DNA of 64,000 nucleotides from Eledone cirrhosa (Eukaryota): positions 992,001 to 1,056,000 of the forward strand of contig OZ024759.1 of assembly GCA_964016885.1 (NCBI GenBank). Direction: 5' to 3'. Below the pieces are notes generated by a model, which ran no database searches, was not told the DNA's origin, and saw only the letters and a list, made by a program, of their open reading frames with translations. The translations under genes were made by a program, and so were the position numbers. Shown one piece after another: positions 47,800-62,800 of this stretch; positions within the stretch are counted from its first letter, which is position 1; the number at the start of each line of letters is the position of its first letter.

Positions 47800-50700
47800 A
47801 TTAGTAACATGACATAGTCTATATTAGTAACATGACAGTCTATATTGTAACATGACACAGTCTATATTAGTAACATGACACAGTCTATATTAGTAACATG
47901 ACAGTCTATATTAGTAACATGACACAGTCTATATTAGTAACATGACACAGTCTATATTAGTAGCATGACAAAGTCTATATTAGTAACATGACAAAGTCTA
48001 TATTAGTAACATGACACAGTCTATCTTAGTAACATGACAAAGTCTATATTAGTAACATGACACAGTCTATATTAGTAACATGACAAAGTCTATATTAGTA
48101 GCATGACAAAGTCTATATTAGTAACATGACACAGTCTATATTAGTAACATGACAAAGTCTATATTAGTAACATGACAAAGTCTATATTAGTAACATGACA
48201 AAGTCTATATTAGTAACATGACTAAGTCTATATTAGTAACATGACACAGTCTATATTAGTAACATGACAGTCTATATTAGTAGCATGACAAAGTCTATAT
48301 TAGTAACATGACAAAGTCTATATTAGTAACATGACACAGTCTATATTAGTAACATGACACAGTGTATATTAGTAACATGACAGTGTATATTAGTAACATG
48401 ACAAAGTCTATATTAGTAACATGGCAAAGTCTATGTTAGTAACATGACAAAGTCTATATTAGTAACATGACAGTCTATATTAGTAACATGACACATTCTA
48501 TATTAGTAACATGACAAAGTCTATATTAGTAGCATGACAAAGTCTATATTAGTAACATGACAGTCTATATTAGTAACATGCCAAAGTCTATATTAGTAGC
48601 ATGACAAAGTCTATATTAGTAGCATGACACAGTCTATATTAGTAACATGACACAGTCTATATTAGTAACATGACACAGTCTATATTTGTAGCATGACAAA
48701 GTCTATATTAGTAACATGACAAAGTCTATATTAGTAACATGACACAGTCTATATTAGTAACATGACAAAGTCTATATTAGTAACATGACAAAGTCTATAT
48801 TAGTAACATGACACAGTGTATATTAGTAACATGACACAGTCTATATTAGTAACATGACAGTCTATATTAGTAGCATGACAAAGTCTATATTAGTAACATT
48901 ACAAAGTCTATATTAGTAACATGACACAGTCTATATTAGTAACATGACACAGTCTATATTAGTAACATGACAGTCTATATTAGTAACATGACAAAGTCTA
49001 TATTATATAACATGGCAAAGTCTATGTTAGTAACATGACAAAGTCTATATTAGTAACATGACAGTCTATATTAGTAACATGACACATTCTATATTAGTAA
49101 CATGACAAAGTCTATATTAGTAGCATGACAAAGTCTATATTAGTAACATGACAGTCTATATTAGTAACATGCCAAAGTCTATATTAGTAGCATGACAAAG
49201 TCTATATTAGTAACATGACAAAGTCTATATTAGTAGCATGACAAAGTCTATATTAGTAGCATGATACAGTCTATATTAGTAACATGACACAGTCTATATT
49301 AGTAACATGACACAGTCTATATTAGTAACATGACAAAGTCTATATTAGTAGCATAACAAAGTCTATATTAGTAACATGACAAAGTCTATATTAGTAACAT
49401 GACACAGTCTATATTAGTAACATGACAAAGTCTATATTAGTAACATGACAGTCTATATTAGTAACATGACACAGTCTATATTAGTAACATGACAAAGTCT
49501 ATATTAGTAACATGACACAGTCTATATTAGTAACATGACACAGTCTATATTAGTAACATGACACAGTTTATATTAGTAACATGACAAAGTCTATATTATT
49601 AACATGACAAAGTCTATATTAGTAACATGGCAGTCTATATTAGTAACATGACAAAGTCTATATTAGTAACATGACACAGTCTATATTAGTAACATGACAA
49701 AGACTCTATTAGTAACATGACAAAGTCTATATTAGTAACATGACAGTCTATATTAGTAACATGACAAAATCTATATTAGTAACATGACAGTCTATATTAG
49801 TAACATGACAAAGTCTATATTAGTAACATGACAAAGTCTATATTAGTAACATGACAGTCTATATCGTACCATGACACAGTCTATATTAGTAACATGACAT
49901 AGTCTATATTAGTAACATGACAAAGTCTATATTAGTAACATGACAGTCTATATTGTAACATGACACAGTCTATATTAGTAACATGACACAGTCTATATTA
50001 GTAACATGACAGTCTATATTAGTAACATGACACAGTCTATATTAGTAACATGACACAGTCTATATTAGTAACATGACAGTCTATATTAGTAGCATGGCAA
50101 TGTCTATATTAGTAACATGACACAGTCTATATTAGTAACAAGACATAGTCTATATTAGTAACATGACATAGTCTATATTAGTAGCATGACAAAGTCTATA
50201 TTAGTAACATGACAAAGTCTATATTAGTAACATGACACAGTCTATCTTAGTAACATGACAAAGTCTATATTAGTAACATGACACAGTCTATATTAGTAAC
50301 ATGACAAAGTCTATATTAGTAGCATGACAAAGTCTATATTAGTAACATGACACAGTCTATATTAGTAACATGACAAAGTCTATATTAGTAACATGACAAA
50401 GTCTATATTAGTAACATGACAAAGTCTATATTAGTAACATGACTAAGTCTATATTAGTAACATGACACAGTCTATATTAGTAACATGACAGTCTATATTA
50501 GTAGCATGACAAAGTCTATATTAGTAACATGACAAAGTCTATATTAGTAACATGACACAGTCTATATTAGTAACATGACACAGTGTATATTAGTAACATG
50601 ACAGTTTATATTAGTAACATGACAAAGTCTATATTAGTAACATGGCAAAGTCTATGTTAGTAACATGACAAAGTCTATATTAGTAACATGACAGTCTATA

Positions 50701-53700
50701 TTAGTAACATGACACATTCTATATTAGTAACATGACAAAGTCTATATTAGTAGCATGACAAAGTCTATATTAGTAACATGACAGTCTATATTAGTAACAT
50801 GCCAAAGTCTATATTAGTAGCATGACAAAGTCTATATTAGTAGCATGACAGTCTATATTAGTAACATGACACAGTCTATATTAGTAACATGACACAGTCT
50901 ATATTTGTAGCATGACAAAGTCTATATTAGTAACATGACAAAGTCTATATTAGTAACATGACACAGTCTATATTAGTAACATGACAAAGTCTATATTAGT
51001 AACATGACAAAGTGTATATTAGTAACATGACACAGTGTATATTAGTAATATGACAGTCTATATTAGTAGCATGACAAAGTCTATATTAGTAACATGACAA
51101 AGTCTATATTAGTAACATGACACAGTCTATATTAGTAACATGACACAGTCTATATTAGTAACATGACACAGTCTATATTAGTAACATGACAAAGTCTATA
51201 TTAGTAACATGGCAAAGTCTATATTAGTAACATGACAAAGTCTATATTAGTAACATGACAAGGTCTATATTAGTAACATGACACAGTCTATATTAGTAAC
51301 ATGACAAAGTCTATATTAGTAACATGACACAGTCTATATTTGTAACATGCCAAAGTCTGTATTAGTAGCATGACAAAGTCTATATTAGTAGCATGACACA
51401 GTCTATATTAGTAACATGACACAGTCTATATTAGTAACATGACACAGTCTATATTAGTAGCATGACAAAGTCTATATTAGTAACATGCCAAAGTCTATAT
51501 TAGTAACATGAGAAAGTCTATATTAGTAACATGACACAGTCTATATTAGTAACATGACAAAGTCTATATTAGTAACATGACACAGTCTATATTAGTAACA
51601 TGACACAGTCTATATTAGTAACATGACAAAGTCTATATTAGTAGCATGACCAAGTCTATATTAGTAACATGACAAAGTCTATATTAGTAACATGACACAG
51701 TCTATATTAGTAACATGACAAAGTCTATATTAGTAACATGACGGTCTATATTAGTAACATGACAGTCTATATTAGTAGCATGACAAAGTCTATATTAGTA
51801 ACATGACACAGTCTATATTAGTAACATGACACAGTCTATATTAGTAACATGACACAGTCTATATTAGTAACATGACAAAGTCTATATTAGTAGCATGACA
51901 AAGTCTATATTAGTAACATGACACAGTCTATATTAGTAACATGACACAGTCTATATTAGTAACATGACATAGTCTATATTAGTAACATGACAAAGTCTAT
52001 ATTAGTAGCATGACACAGTCTAAATTAGTAACATGACACAGTCTATATTAGTAACATGACAGTCTATATTAGTAACATGACACAGTCTATATTAGTAACA
52101 TGACAAAGTCTATATTAGTAGTATGACAAAGTCTATATTAGTAACATGACAGTCTATATTAGTAACATGACAAAGTCTATATTAGTAGCATGACAAAGTC
52201 TATATTAGTAGCATGATACAGTCTTTATTAGTAACATGACACAGTCTATATTAGTAACATGACACAGTCTATATTAGTAACATGACAAAGTCTATATTAG
52301 TAGCATGACAGTCTATATTGTAACATGACACAGTCTATATTAGTAACATGACACAGTCTATATTAGTAACATGACATAGTCTATATTAGTAACATGACAG
52401 TCTATATTGTAACATGACACAGTCTATATTAGTAACATGACACAGTCTATATTAGTAACATGACAGTCTATATTAGTAACATGACACAGTCTATATTAGT
52501 AACATGACACAGTCTATATTAGTAGCATGACAAAGTCTATATTAGTAACATGACAAAGTCTATATTAGTAACATGACACAGTCTATCTTAGTAACATGAC
52601 AAAGTCTATATTAGTAACATGACACAGTCTATATTAGTAACATGACAAAGTCTATATTAGTAGCATGACAAAGTCTATATTAGTAACATGACACAGTCTA
52701 TATTAGTAACATGACAAAGTCTATATTAGTAACATGACAAAGTCTATATTAGTAACATGACAAAGTCTATATTAGTAACATGACTAAGTCTATATTAGTA
52801 ACATGACACAGTCTATATTAGTAACATGACAGTCTATATTAGTAGCATGACAAAGTCTATATTAGTAACATGACAAAGTCTATATTAGTAACATGACACA
52901 GTCTATATTAGTAACATGACACAGTGTATATTAGTAACATGACAGTGTATATTAGTAACATGACAAAGTCTATATTAGTAACATGGCAAAGTCTATGTTA
53001 GTAACATGACAAAGTCTATATTAGTAACATGACAGTCTATATTAGTAACATGACACATTCTATATTAGTAACATGACAAAGTCTATATTAGTAGCATGAC
53101 AAAGTCTATATTAGTAACATGACAGTCTATATTAGTAACATGCCAAAGTCTATATTAGTAGCATGACAAAGTCTATATTAGTAGCATGACACAGTCTATA
53201 TTAGTAACATGACACAGTCTATATTAGTAACATGACACAGTCTATATTTGTAGCATGACAAAGTCTATATTAGTAACATGACAAAGTCTATATTAGTAAC
53301 ATGACACAGTCTATATTAGTAACATGACAAAGTCTATATTAGTAACATGACAAAGTCTATATTAGTAACATGACACAGTGTATATTAGTAACATGACACA
53401 GTCTATATTAGTAACATGACAGTCTATATTAGTAGCATGACAAAGTCTATATTAGTAACATGACAAAGTCTATATTAGTAACATGACACAGTCTATATTA
53501 GTAACATGACACAGTCTATATTAGTAACATGACAGTCTATATTAGTAACATGACAAAGTCTATATTAGTAACATGGCAAAGTCTATGTTAGTAACATGAC
53601 AAAGTCTATATTAGTAACATGACAGTCTATATTAGTAACATGACACATTCTATATTAGTAACATGACAAAGTCTATATTAGTAGCATGACAAAGTCTATA

Positions 53701-56700
53701 TTAGTAACATGACAGTCTATATTAGTAACATGCCAAAGTCTATATTAGTAGCATGACAAAGTCTATATTAGTAACATGACAAAGTCTATATTAGTAGCAT
53801 GACAAAGTCTATATTAGTAGCATGATACAGTCTATATTAGTAACATGACACAGTCTATATTAGTAACATGACACAGTCTATATTAGTAACATGACAAAGT
53901 CTATATTAGTAGCATAACAAAGTCTATATTAGTAACATGACAAAGTCTATATTAGTAACATGACACAGTCTATATTAGTAACATGACAAAGTCTATATTA
54001 GTAACATGACAGTCTATATTAGTAACATGACACAGTCTATATTAGTAACATGACAAAGTCTATATTAGTAACATGACACAGTCTATATTAGTAACATGAC
54101 ACAGTCTATATTAGTAACATGACACAGTTTATATTAGTAACATGACAAAGTCTATATTATTAACATGACAAAGTCTATATTAGTAACATGGCAGTCTATA
54201 TTAGTAACATGACAAAGTCTATATTAGTAACATGACACAGTCTATATTAGTAACATGACAAAGACTCTATTAGTAACATGACAAAGTCTATATTAGTAAC
54301 ATGACAGTCTATATTAGTAACATGAGAAAATCTATATTAGTAACATGACAAAGTCTATATTAGTAACATGACAGTCTATATCGTACCATGACACAGTCTA
54401 TATTAGTAACATGACATAGTCTATATTAGTAACATGACAAAGTCTATATTAGTAACATGACAGTCTATATTGTAACATGACACAGTCTATATTAGTAACA
54501 TGACACAGTCTATATTAGTAACATGACAGTCTATATTAGTAACATGACACAGTCTATATTAGTAACATGACACAGTCTATATTAGTAACATGACAGTCTA
54601 TATTAGTAGCATGGCAATGTCTATATTAGTAACATGACACAGTCTATATTAGTAACAAGACATAGTCTATATTAGTAACATGACATAGTCTATATTAGTA
54701 GCATGACAAAGTCTATATTAGTAACATGACAAAGTCTATATTAGTAACATGACACAGTCTATCTTAGTAACATGACAAAGTCTATATTAGTAACATGACA
54801 CAGTCTATATTAGTAACATGACAAAGTCTATATTAGTAGCATGACAAAGTCTATATTAGTAACATGACACAGTCTATATTAGTAACATGACAAAGTCTAT
54901 ATTAGTAACATGACAAAGTCTATATTAGTAACATGACAAAGTCTATATTAGTAACATGACTAAGTCTATATTAGTAACATGACACAGTCTATATTAGTAA
55001 CATGACAGTCTATATTAGTAGCATGACAAAGTCTATATTAGTAACATGACAAAGTCTATATTAGTAACATGACACAGTCTATATTAGTAACATGACACAG
55101 TGTATATTAGTAACATGACAGTGTATATTAGTAACATGACAAAGTCTATATTAGTAACATGGCAAAGTCTATGTTAGTAACATGACAAAGTCTATATTAG
55201 TAACATGACAGTCTATATTAGTAACATGACACATTCTATATTAGTAACATGACAAAGTCTATATTAGTAGCATGACAAAGTCTATATTAGTAACATGACA
55301 GTCTATATTAGTAACATGCCAAAGTCTATATTAGTAGCATGACAAAGTCTATATTAGTAGCATGACAGTCTATATTAGTAACATGACACAGTCTATATTA
55401 GTAACATGACACAGTCTATATTTGTAGCATGACAAAGTCTATATTAGTAACATGACAAAGTCTATATTAGTAACATGACACAGTCTATATTAGTAACATG
55501 ACAAAGTCTATATTAGTAACATGACAAAGTGTATATTAGTAACATGACACAGTGTATATTAGTAATATGACAGTCTATATTAGTAGCATGACAAAGTCTA
55601 TATTAGTAACATGACAAAGTCTATATTAGTAACATGACACAGTCTATATTAGTAACATGACACAGTCTATATTAGTAACATGACACAGTCTATATTAGTA
55701 ACATGACAAAGTCTATATTAGTAACATGGCAAAGTCTATATTAGTAACATGACAAAGTCTATATTAGTAACATGACAAGGTCTATATTAGTAACATGACA
55801 CAGTCTATATTAGTAACATGACAAAGTCTATATTAGTAACATGACACAGTCTATATTAGTAACATGCCAAAGTCTATATTAGTAGCATGACAAAGTCTAT
55901 ATTAGTAGCATGACACAGTCTATATTAGTAACATGACACAGTCTATATTAGTAACATGACACAGTCTATATTAGTAGCATGACAAAGTCTATATTAGTAA
56001 CATGCCAAAGTCTATATTAGTAACATGAGAAAGTCTATATTAGTAACATGACACAGTCTATATTAGTAACATGACAAAGTCTATATTAGTAACATGACAC
56101 AGTCTATATTAGTAACATGACAAAGTCTATATTAGTAGCATGACCAAGTCTATATTAGTAACATGACAACGTCTATATTAGTAACATGACACAGTCTATA
56201 TTAGTAACATGACAAAGTCTATATTAGTAACATGACGGTCTATATTAGTAACATGACAGTCTATATTAGTAGCATGACAAAGTCTATATTAGTAACATGA
56301 CACAGTCTATATTAGTAACATGACACAGTCTATATTAGTAACATGACACAGTCTATATTAGTAACATGACAAAGTCTATATTAGTAGCATGACAAAGTCT
56401 ATATTAGTAACATGACACAGTCTATATTAGTAACATGACACAGTCTATATTAGTAACATGACATAGTCTATATTAGTAACATGACAAAGTCTATATTAGT
56501 AGCATGACACAGTCTAAATTAGTAACATGACACAGTCTATATTAGTAACATGACAGTCTATATTAGTAACATGACACAGTCTATATTAGTAACATGACAA
56601 AGTCTATATTAGTAGTATGACAAAGTCTATATTAGTAACATGACAGTCTATATTAGTAACATGACAAAGTCTATATTAGTAGCATGACAAAGTCTATATT

Positions 56701-56800
56701 AGTAGCATGATACAGTCTTTATTAGTAACATGACACAGTCTATATTAGTAACATGACACAGTCTATATTAGTAACATGACAAAGTCTATATTAGTAGCAT
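47800..56800. repeat. ~4.5-kb tandem duplication with monomer-sized indels
   Basis: TCTATCTTAG 48020/52582 (4,562), ATCGTACC 49863/54380 and GACAAAGTGTAT 51006/55523 (4,517), TAAATT 52021/56515 and private GTCTTTATT 52221/56715 (4,494). Confidence 0.85.
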
Positions 56801-59800
56801 AACAAAGTCTATATTAGTAACATGACAAAGTCTATATTAGTAACATGACACAGTCTATATTAGTAACATGACAAAGTCTATATTAGTAACATGACAGTCT
56901 ATATTAGTAACATGACACAGTCTATATTAGTAACATGACAAAGTCTATATTAGTAACATGACAGTCTATATTAGTAACATGACACAGTCTATATTAGTAA
57001 CATGACAAAGTCTATATTAGTAACATGACACAGTCTATATTAGTAACATGACACAGTTTATATTAGTAACATGACAAAGTCTATATTATTAACATGACAA
57101 AGTCTATATTAGTAACATGGCAGTCTATATTAGTAACATGACAAAGTCTATATTAGTAACATGACACAGTCTATATTAGTAACATGACAAAGACTCTATT
57201 AGTAACATGACAAAGTCTATATTAGTAACATGACAGTCTATATTAGTAACATGACAAAATCTATATTAGTAACATGACAGTCTATATTAGTAACATGACA
57301 AAGTCTATATTAGTAACATGACAGTCTATATCGTACCATGACACAGTCTATATTAGTAACATGACACAGTCTATATTAGTAACATGACAGTCTATATTAG
57401 TAACATGACACGGTCTATATTAGTAACATGACACAGTCTATATTAGTAACATGACAGTCTATATTAGTTGCATGGCAATGTCTATATTAGTAACATGACA
57501 AAGTCTATATTAGTAGCATAACAAAGTCTATATTAGTAACATGACAAAGTCTATATTAGTAACATGACACAGTCTATATTAGTAACATGACAAAGTCTAT
57601 ATTAGTAACATGACAGTCTATATTAGTAACATGACACAGTCTATATTAGTAACATGACAAAGTCTATATTAGTAACATGACACAGTCTATATTAGTAACA
57701 TGACACAGTCTATATTAGTAACATGACACAGTTTATATTAGTAACATGACAAAGTCTATATTATTAACATGACAAAGTCTATATTAGTAACATGGCAGTC
57801 TATATTAGTAACATGACAAAGTCTATATTAGTAACATGACACAGTCTATATTAGTAACATGACAAAGACTCTATTAGTAACATGACAAAGTCTATATTAG
57901 TAACATGACAGTCTATATTAGTAACATGACAAAATCTATATTAGTAACATGACAGTCTATATTAGTAACATGACAAAGTCTATATTAGTAACATGACAGT
58001 CTATATCGTACCATGACACAGTCTATATTAGTAACATGACATAGTCTATATTAGTAACATGACAAAGTCTATATTAGTAACATGACAGTCTATATTGTAA
58101 CATGACACAGTCTATATTAGTAACATGACACAGTCTATATTAGTAACATGACAGTCTATATTAGTAACATGACACAGTCTATATTAGTAACATGACACAG
58201 TCTATATTAGTAACATGACAGTCTATATTAGTAGCATGGCAATGTCTATATTAGTAACATGACACAGTCTATATTAGTAACAAGACATAGTCTATATTAG
58301 TAACATGACATAGTCTATATTAGTAGCATGACAAAGTCTATATTAGAAACATGACAAAGTCTATATTAGTAACATGACACAGTCTATCTTAGTAACATGA
58401 CAAAGTCTATATTAGTAACATGACACAGTCTATATTAGTAACATGACAAAGTCTATATTAGTAGCATGACAAAGTCTATATTAGTAACATGACACAGTCT
58501 ATATTAGTAACATGACAAAGTCTATATTAGTAACATGACAAAGTCTATATTAGTAACATGACAAAGTCTATATTAGTAACATGACTAAGTCTATATTAGT
58601 AACATGACACAGTCTATATTAGTAACATGACAGTCTATATTAGTAGCATGACAAAGTCTATATTAGTAACATGACAAAGTCTATATTAGTAACATGACAC
58701 AGTCTATATTAGTAACATGACACAGTGTATATTAGTAACATGACAGTGTATATTAGTAACATGACAAAGTCTATATTAGTAACATGGCAAAGTCTATGTT
58801 AGTAACATGACAAAGTCTATATTAGTAACATGACAGTCTATATTAGTAACATGACACATTCTATATTAGTAACATGACAAAGTCTATATTAGTAGCATGA
58901 CAAAGTCTATATTAGTAACATGACAGTCTATATTAGTAACATGCCAAAGTCTATATTAGTAGCATGACAAAGTCTATATTAGTAGCATGACACAGTCTAT
59001 ATTAGTAACATGACACAGTCTATATTAGTAACATGACACAGTCTATATTTGTAGCATGACAAAGTCTATATTAGTAACATGACAAAGTCTATATTAGTAA
59101 CATGACACAGTCTATATTAGTAACATGACAAAGTCTATATTAGTAACATGACAAAGTGTATATTAGTAACATGACACAGTGTATATTAGTAATATGACAG
59201 TCTATATTAGTAGCATGACAAAGTCTATATTAGTAACATGACAAAGTCTATATTAGTAACATGGCACAGTCTATATTAGTAACATGACACAGTCTATATT
59301 AGTAACATGACACAGTCTATATTAGTAACATGACAAAGTCTATATTAGTAACATGGCAAAGTCTATATTAGTAACATGACAAAGTCTATATTAGTAACAT
59401 GACAAGGTCTATATTAGTAACATGACACAGTCTATATTAGTAACATGACAAAGTCTATATTAGTAACATGACACAGTCTATATTAGTAACATGCCAAAGT
59501 CTATATTAGTAGCATGACAAAGTCTATATTAGTAGCATGACACAGTCTATATTAGTAACATGACACAGTCTATATTAGTAACATGACACAGTCTAAATTA
59601 GTAGCATGACAAAGTCTATATTAGTAACATGACAAAGTCTATATTAGTAACATGAGAAAGTCTATATTAGTAACATGACACAGTCTATATTAGTAACATG
59701 ACAAAGTCTATATTAGTAACATGACACAGTCTATATTAGTAACATGACACAGTCTATATTAGTAACATGACAAAGTCTATATTAGTAGCATGACCAAGTC

Positions 59801-62800
59801 TATATTAGTAACATGACAAAGTCTATATTAGTAACATGACACAGTCTATATTAGTAACATGACAAAGTCTATATTAGTAACATGACGGTCTATATTAGTA
59901 ACATGACAGTCTATATTAGTAGCATGACAAAGTCTATATTAGTAACATGACACAGTCTATATTAGTAACATGACACAGTCTATATTAGTAACATGACAGA
60001 GTCTATATTAGTAACATGACAAAGTCTATATTAGTAGCATAACAAAGTCTATATTAGTAACATGACAAAGTCTATATTAGTAACATGACACAGTCTATAT
60101 TAGTAACATGACAAAGTCTATATTAGTAACATGACAGTCTATATTAGTAACATGACACAGTCTATATTAGTAACATGACAAAGTCTATATTAGTAACATG
60201 ACAGTCTACATTAGTAACATGACACAGTCTATATTAGTAACATGACAAAGTCTATATTAGTAACATGACACAGTCTATATTAGTAACATGACACAGATTA
60301 TATTAGTAACATGACAAAGTCTATATTATTAACATGACAAAGTCTATATTAGTAACATGGCAGTCTATATTAGTAACATGACAAAGTCTATATTAGTAAC
60401 ATGACACAGTCTATATTAGTAACATGACAAAGACTCTATTAGTAACATGACAAAGTCTATATTAGTAACATGACAGTCTATATTAGTAACATGACAAAGT
60501 CTATATTAGTAACATGACAGTCTATATCGTACCATGACACAGTCTATATTAGTAACATGACATAGTCTATATTAGTAACATGACAAAGTCTATATTAGTA
60601 ACATGACAGTCTATATTGTAACATGACACAGTCTATATTAGTAACATGACACAGTCTATATTAGTAACATGACAGTCTATATTAGTAACATGACACGGTC
60701 TATATTAGTAACATGACACAGTCTATATTAGTAACATGACAGTCTATATTAGTAGCATGGCAATGTCTATATTAGTAACATGACACAGTCTATATTAGTA
60801 ACAAGACATAGTCTATATTAGTAACATGACATAGTCTATATTAGTAGCATGACAAAGTCTATATTAGTAACATGACAAAGTCTATATTAGTAACATGACA
60901 CAGTCTATCTTAGTAACATGACAAAGTCTATATTAGTAACATGACACAGTCTATATTAGTAACATGACAAAGTCTATATTAGTAACATGACAAAGTCTAT
61001 ATTAGTAACATGACACAGTCTATATTAGTAACATGACAAAGTCTATATTAGTAACATGACAAAGTATATATTAGTAACATGACAAAGTCTATATTAGTAA
61101 CATGACTAAGTCTATATTAGTAACATGACACAGTCTATATTAGTAACATGACAGTCTATATTAGTAGCATGACAAAGTCTATATTAGTAACATGACAAAG
61201 TCTATATTAGTAACATGACACAGTCTATATTAGTAACATGACACAGTCTATATTAGTAACATGACAGTCTATATTAGTAACATGACAAAGTCTATATTAG
61301 TAACATGGCAAAGTCTATGTTAGTAACATGACAAAGTCTATATTAGTAGCATGACAGTCTATATTAGTAACATGACACATTCTATATTAGTAACATGACA
61401 AAGTCTATATTAGTAGCTTGACAAAGTCTATATTAGTAACATGACAGTCTATATTAGTAACATGCCAAAGTCTATATTAGTAGCATGACAAAGTCTATAT
61501 TAGTAACATGACAAAGTCTATATTAGTAGCATGACAAAGTCTATATTAGTAGCATGATACAGTCTATATTAGTAACATGACACAGTCTATATTAGTAACA
61601 TGACACAGTCTATATTAGTAACATGACAAAGTCTATATTAGTAGCATAACAAAGTCTATATTAGTAACCTGACAAAGTCTATATTAGTAACATGACACAG
61701 TCTATATTAGTAACATGACAAAGTCTATATTAGTAACATGACAGTCTATATTAGTAACATGACACAGTCTATATTAGTAACATGACAAAGTCTATATTAG
61801 TAACATGACACAGTCTATATTAGTAACATGACACAGTTTATATTAGTAACATGACAAAGTCTATATTATCAACATGACAAAGTCTATATTAGTAACATGG
61901 CAGTCTATATTAGTAACATGACAAAGTCTATATTAGTAACATGACACAGTCTATATTAGTAACATGACAAAGACTCTATTAGTAACATGACAAAGTCTAT
62001 ATTAGTAACATGACAGTCTATATTAGTAACATGACAAAATCTATATTAGTAACATGACAGTCTATATTAGTAACATGACAAAGTCTATATTAGTAACATG
62101 ACAGTCTATATCGTACCATGACACAGTCTATATTAGTAACATGACATAGTCTATATTAGTAACATGACAAAGTCTATATTAGTAACATGACAGTCTATAT
62201 TGTAACATGACACAGTCTATATTAGTAACATGACACAGTCTATATTAGTAACATGACAGTCTATATTAGTAACATGACACAGTCTATATTAGTAACATGA
62301 CACAGTCTATATTAGTAACATGACAGTCTATATTAGTAGCATGGCAATGTCTATATTAGTAACATGACACAGTCTATATTAGTAACAAGACATAGTCTAT
62401 ATTAGTAACATAACATAGTCTATATTAGTAGCATGACAAAGTCTATATTAGTAACATGACAAAGTCTATATTAGTAACATGACACAGTCTATCTTAGTAA
62501 CATGACAAAGTCTATATTAGTAACATGACACAGTCTATATTAGTAACATGACAAAGTATATATTAGTAGCATGACAAAGTCTATATTAGTAACATGACAC
62601 AGTCTATATTAGTAACATGACAAAGTCTATATTAGTAACATGACAAAGTCTATATTAGTAACATGACAAAGTCTATATTAGTAACATGACTAAGTCTATA
62701 TTAGTAACATGACACAGTCTATATTAGTAACATGACAGTCTATATTAGTAGCATGACAAAGTCTATATTAGTAACATGACAAAGTCTATATTAGTAACAT

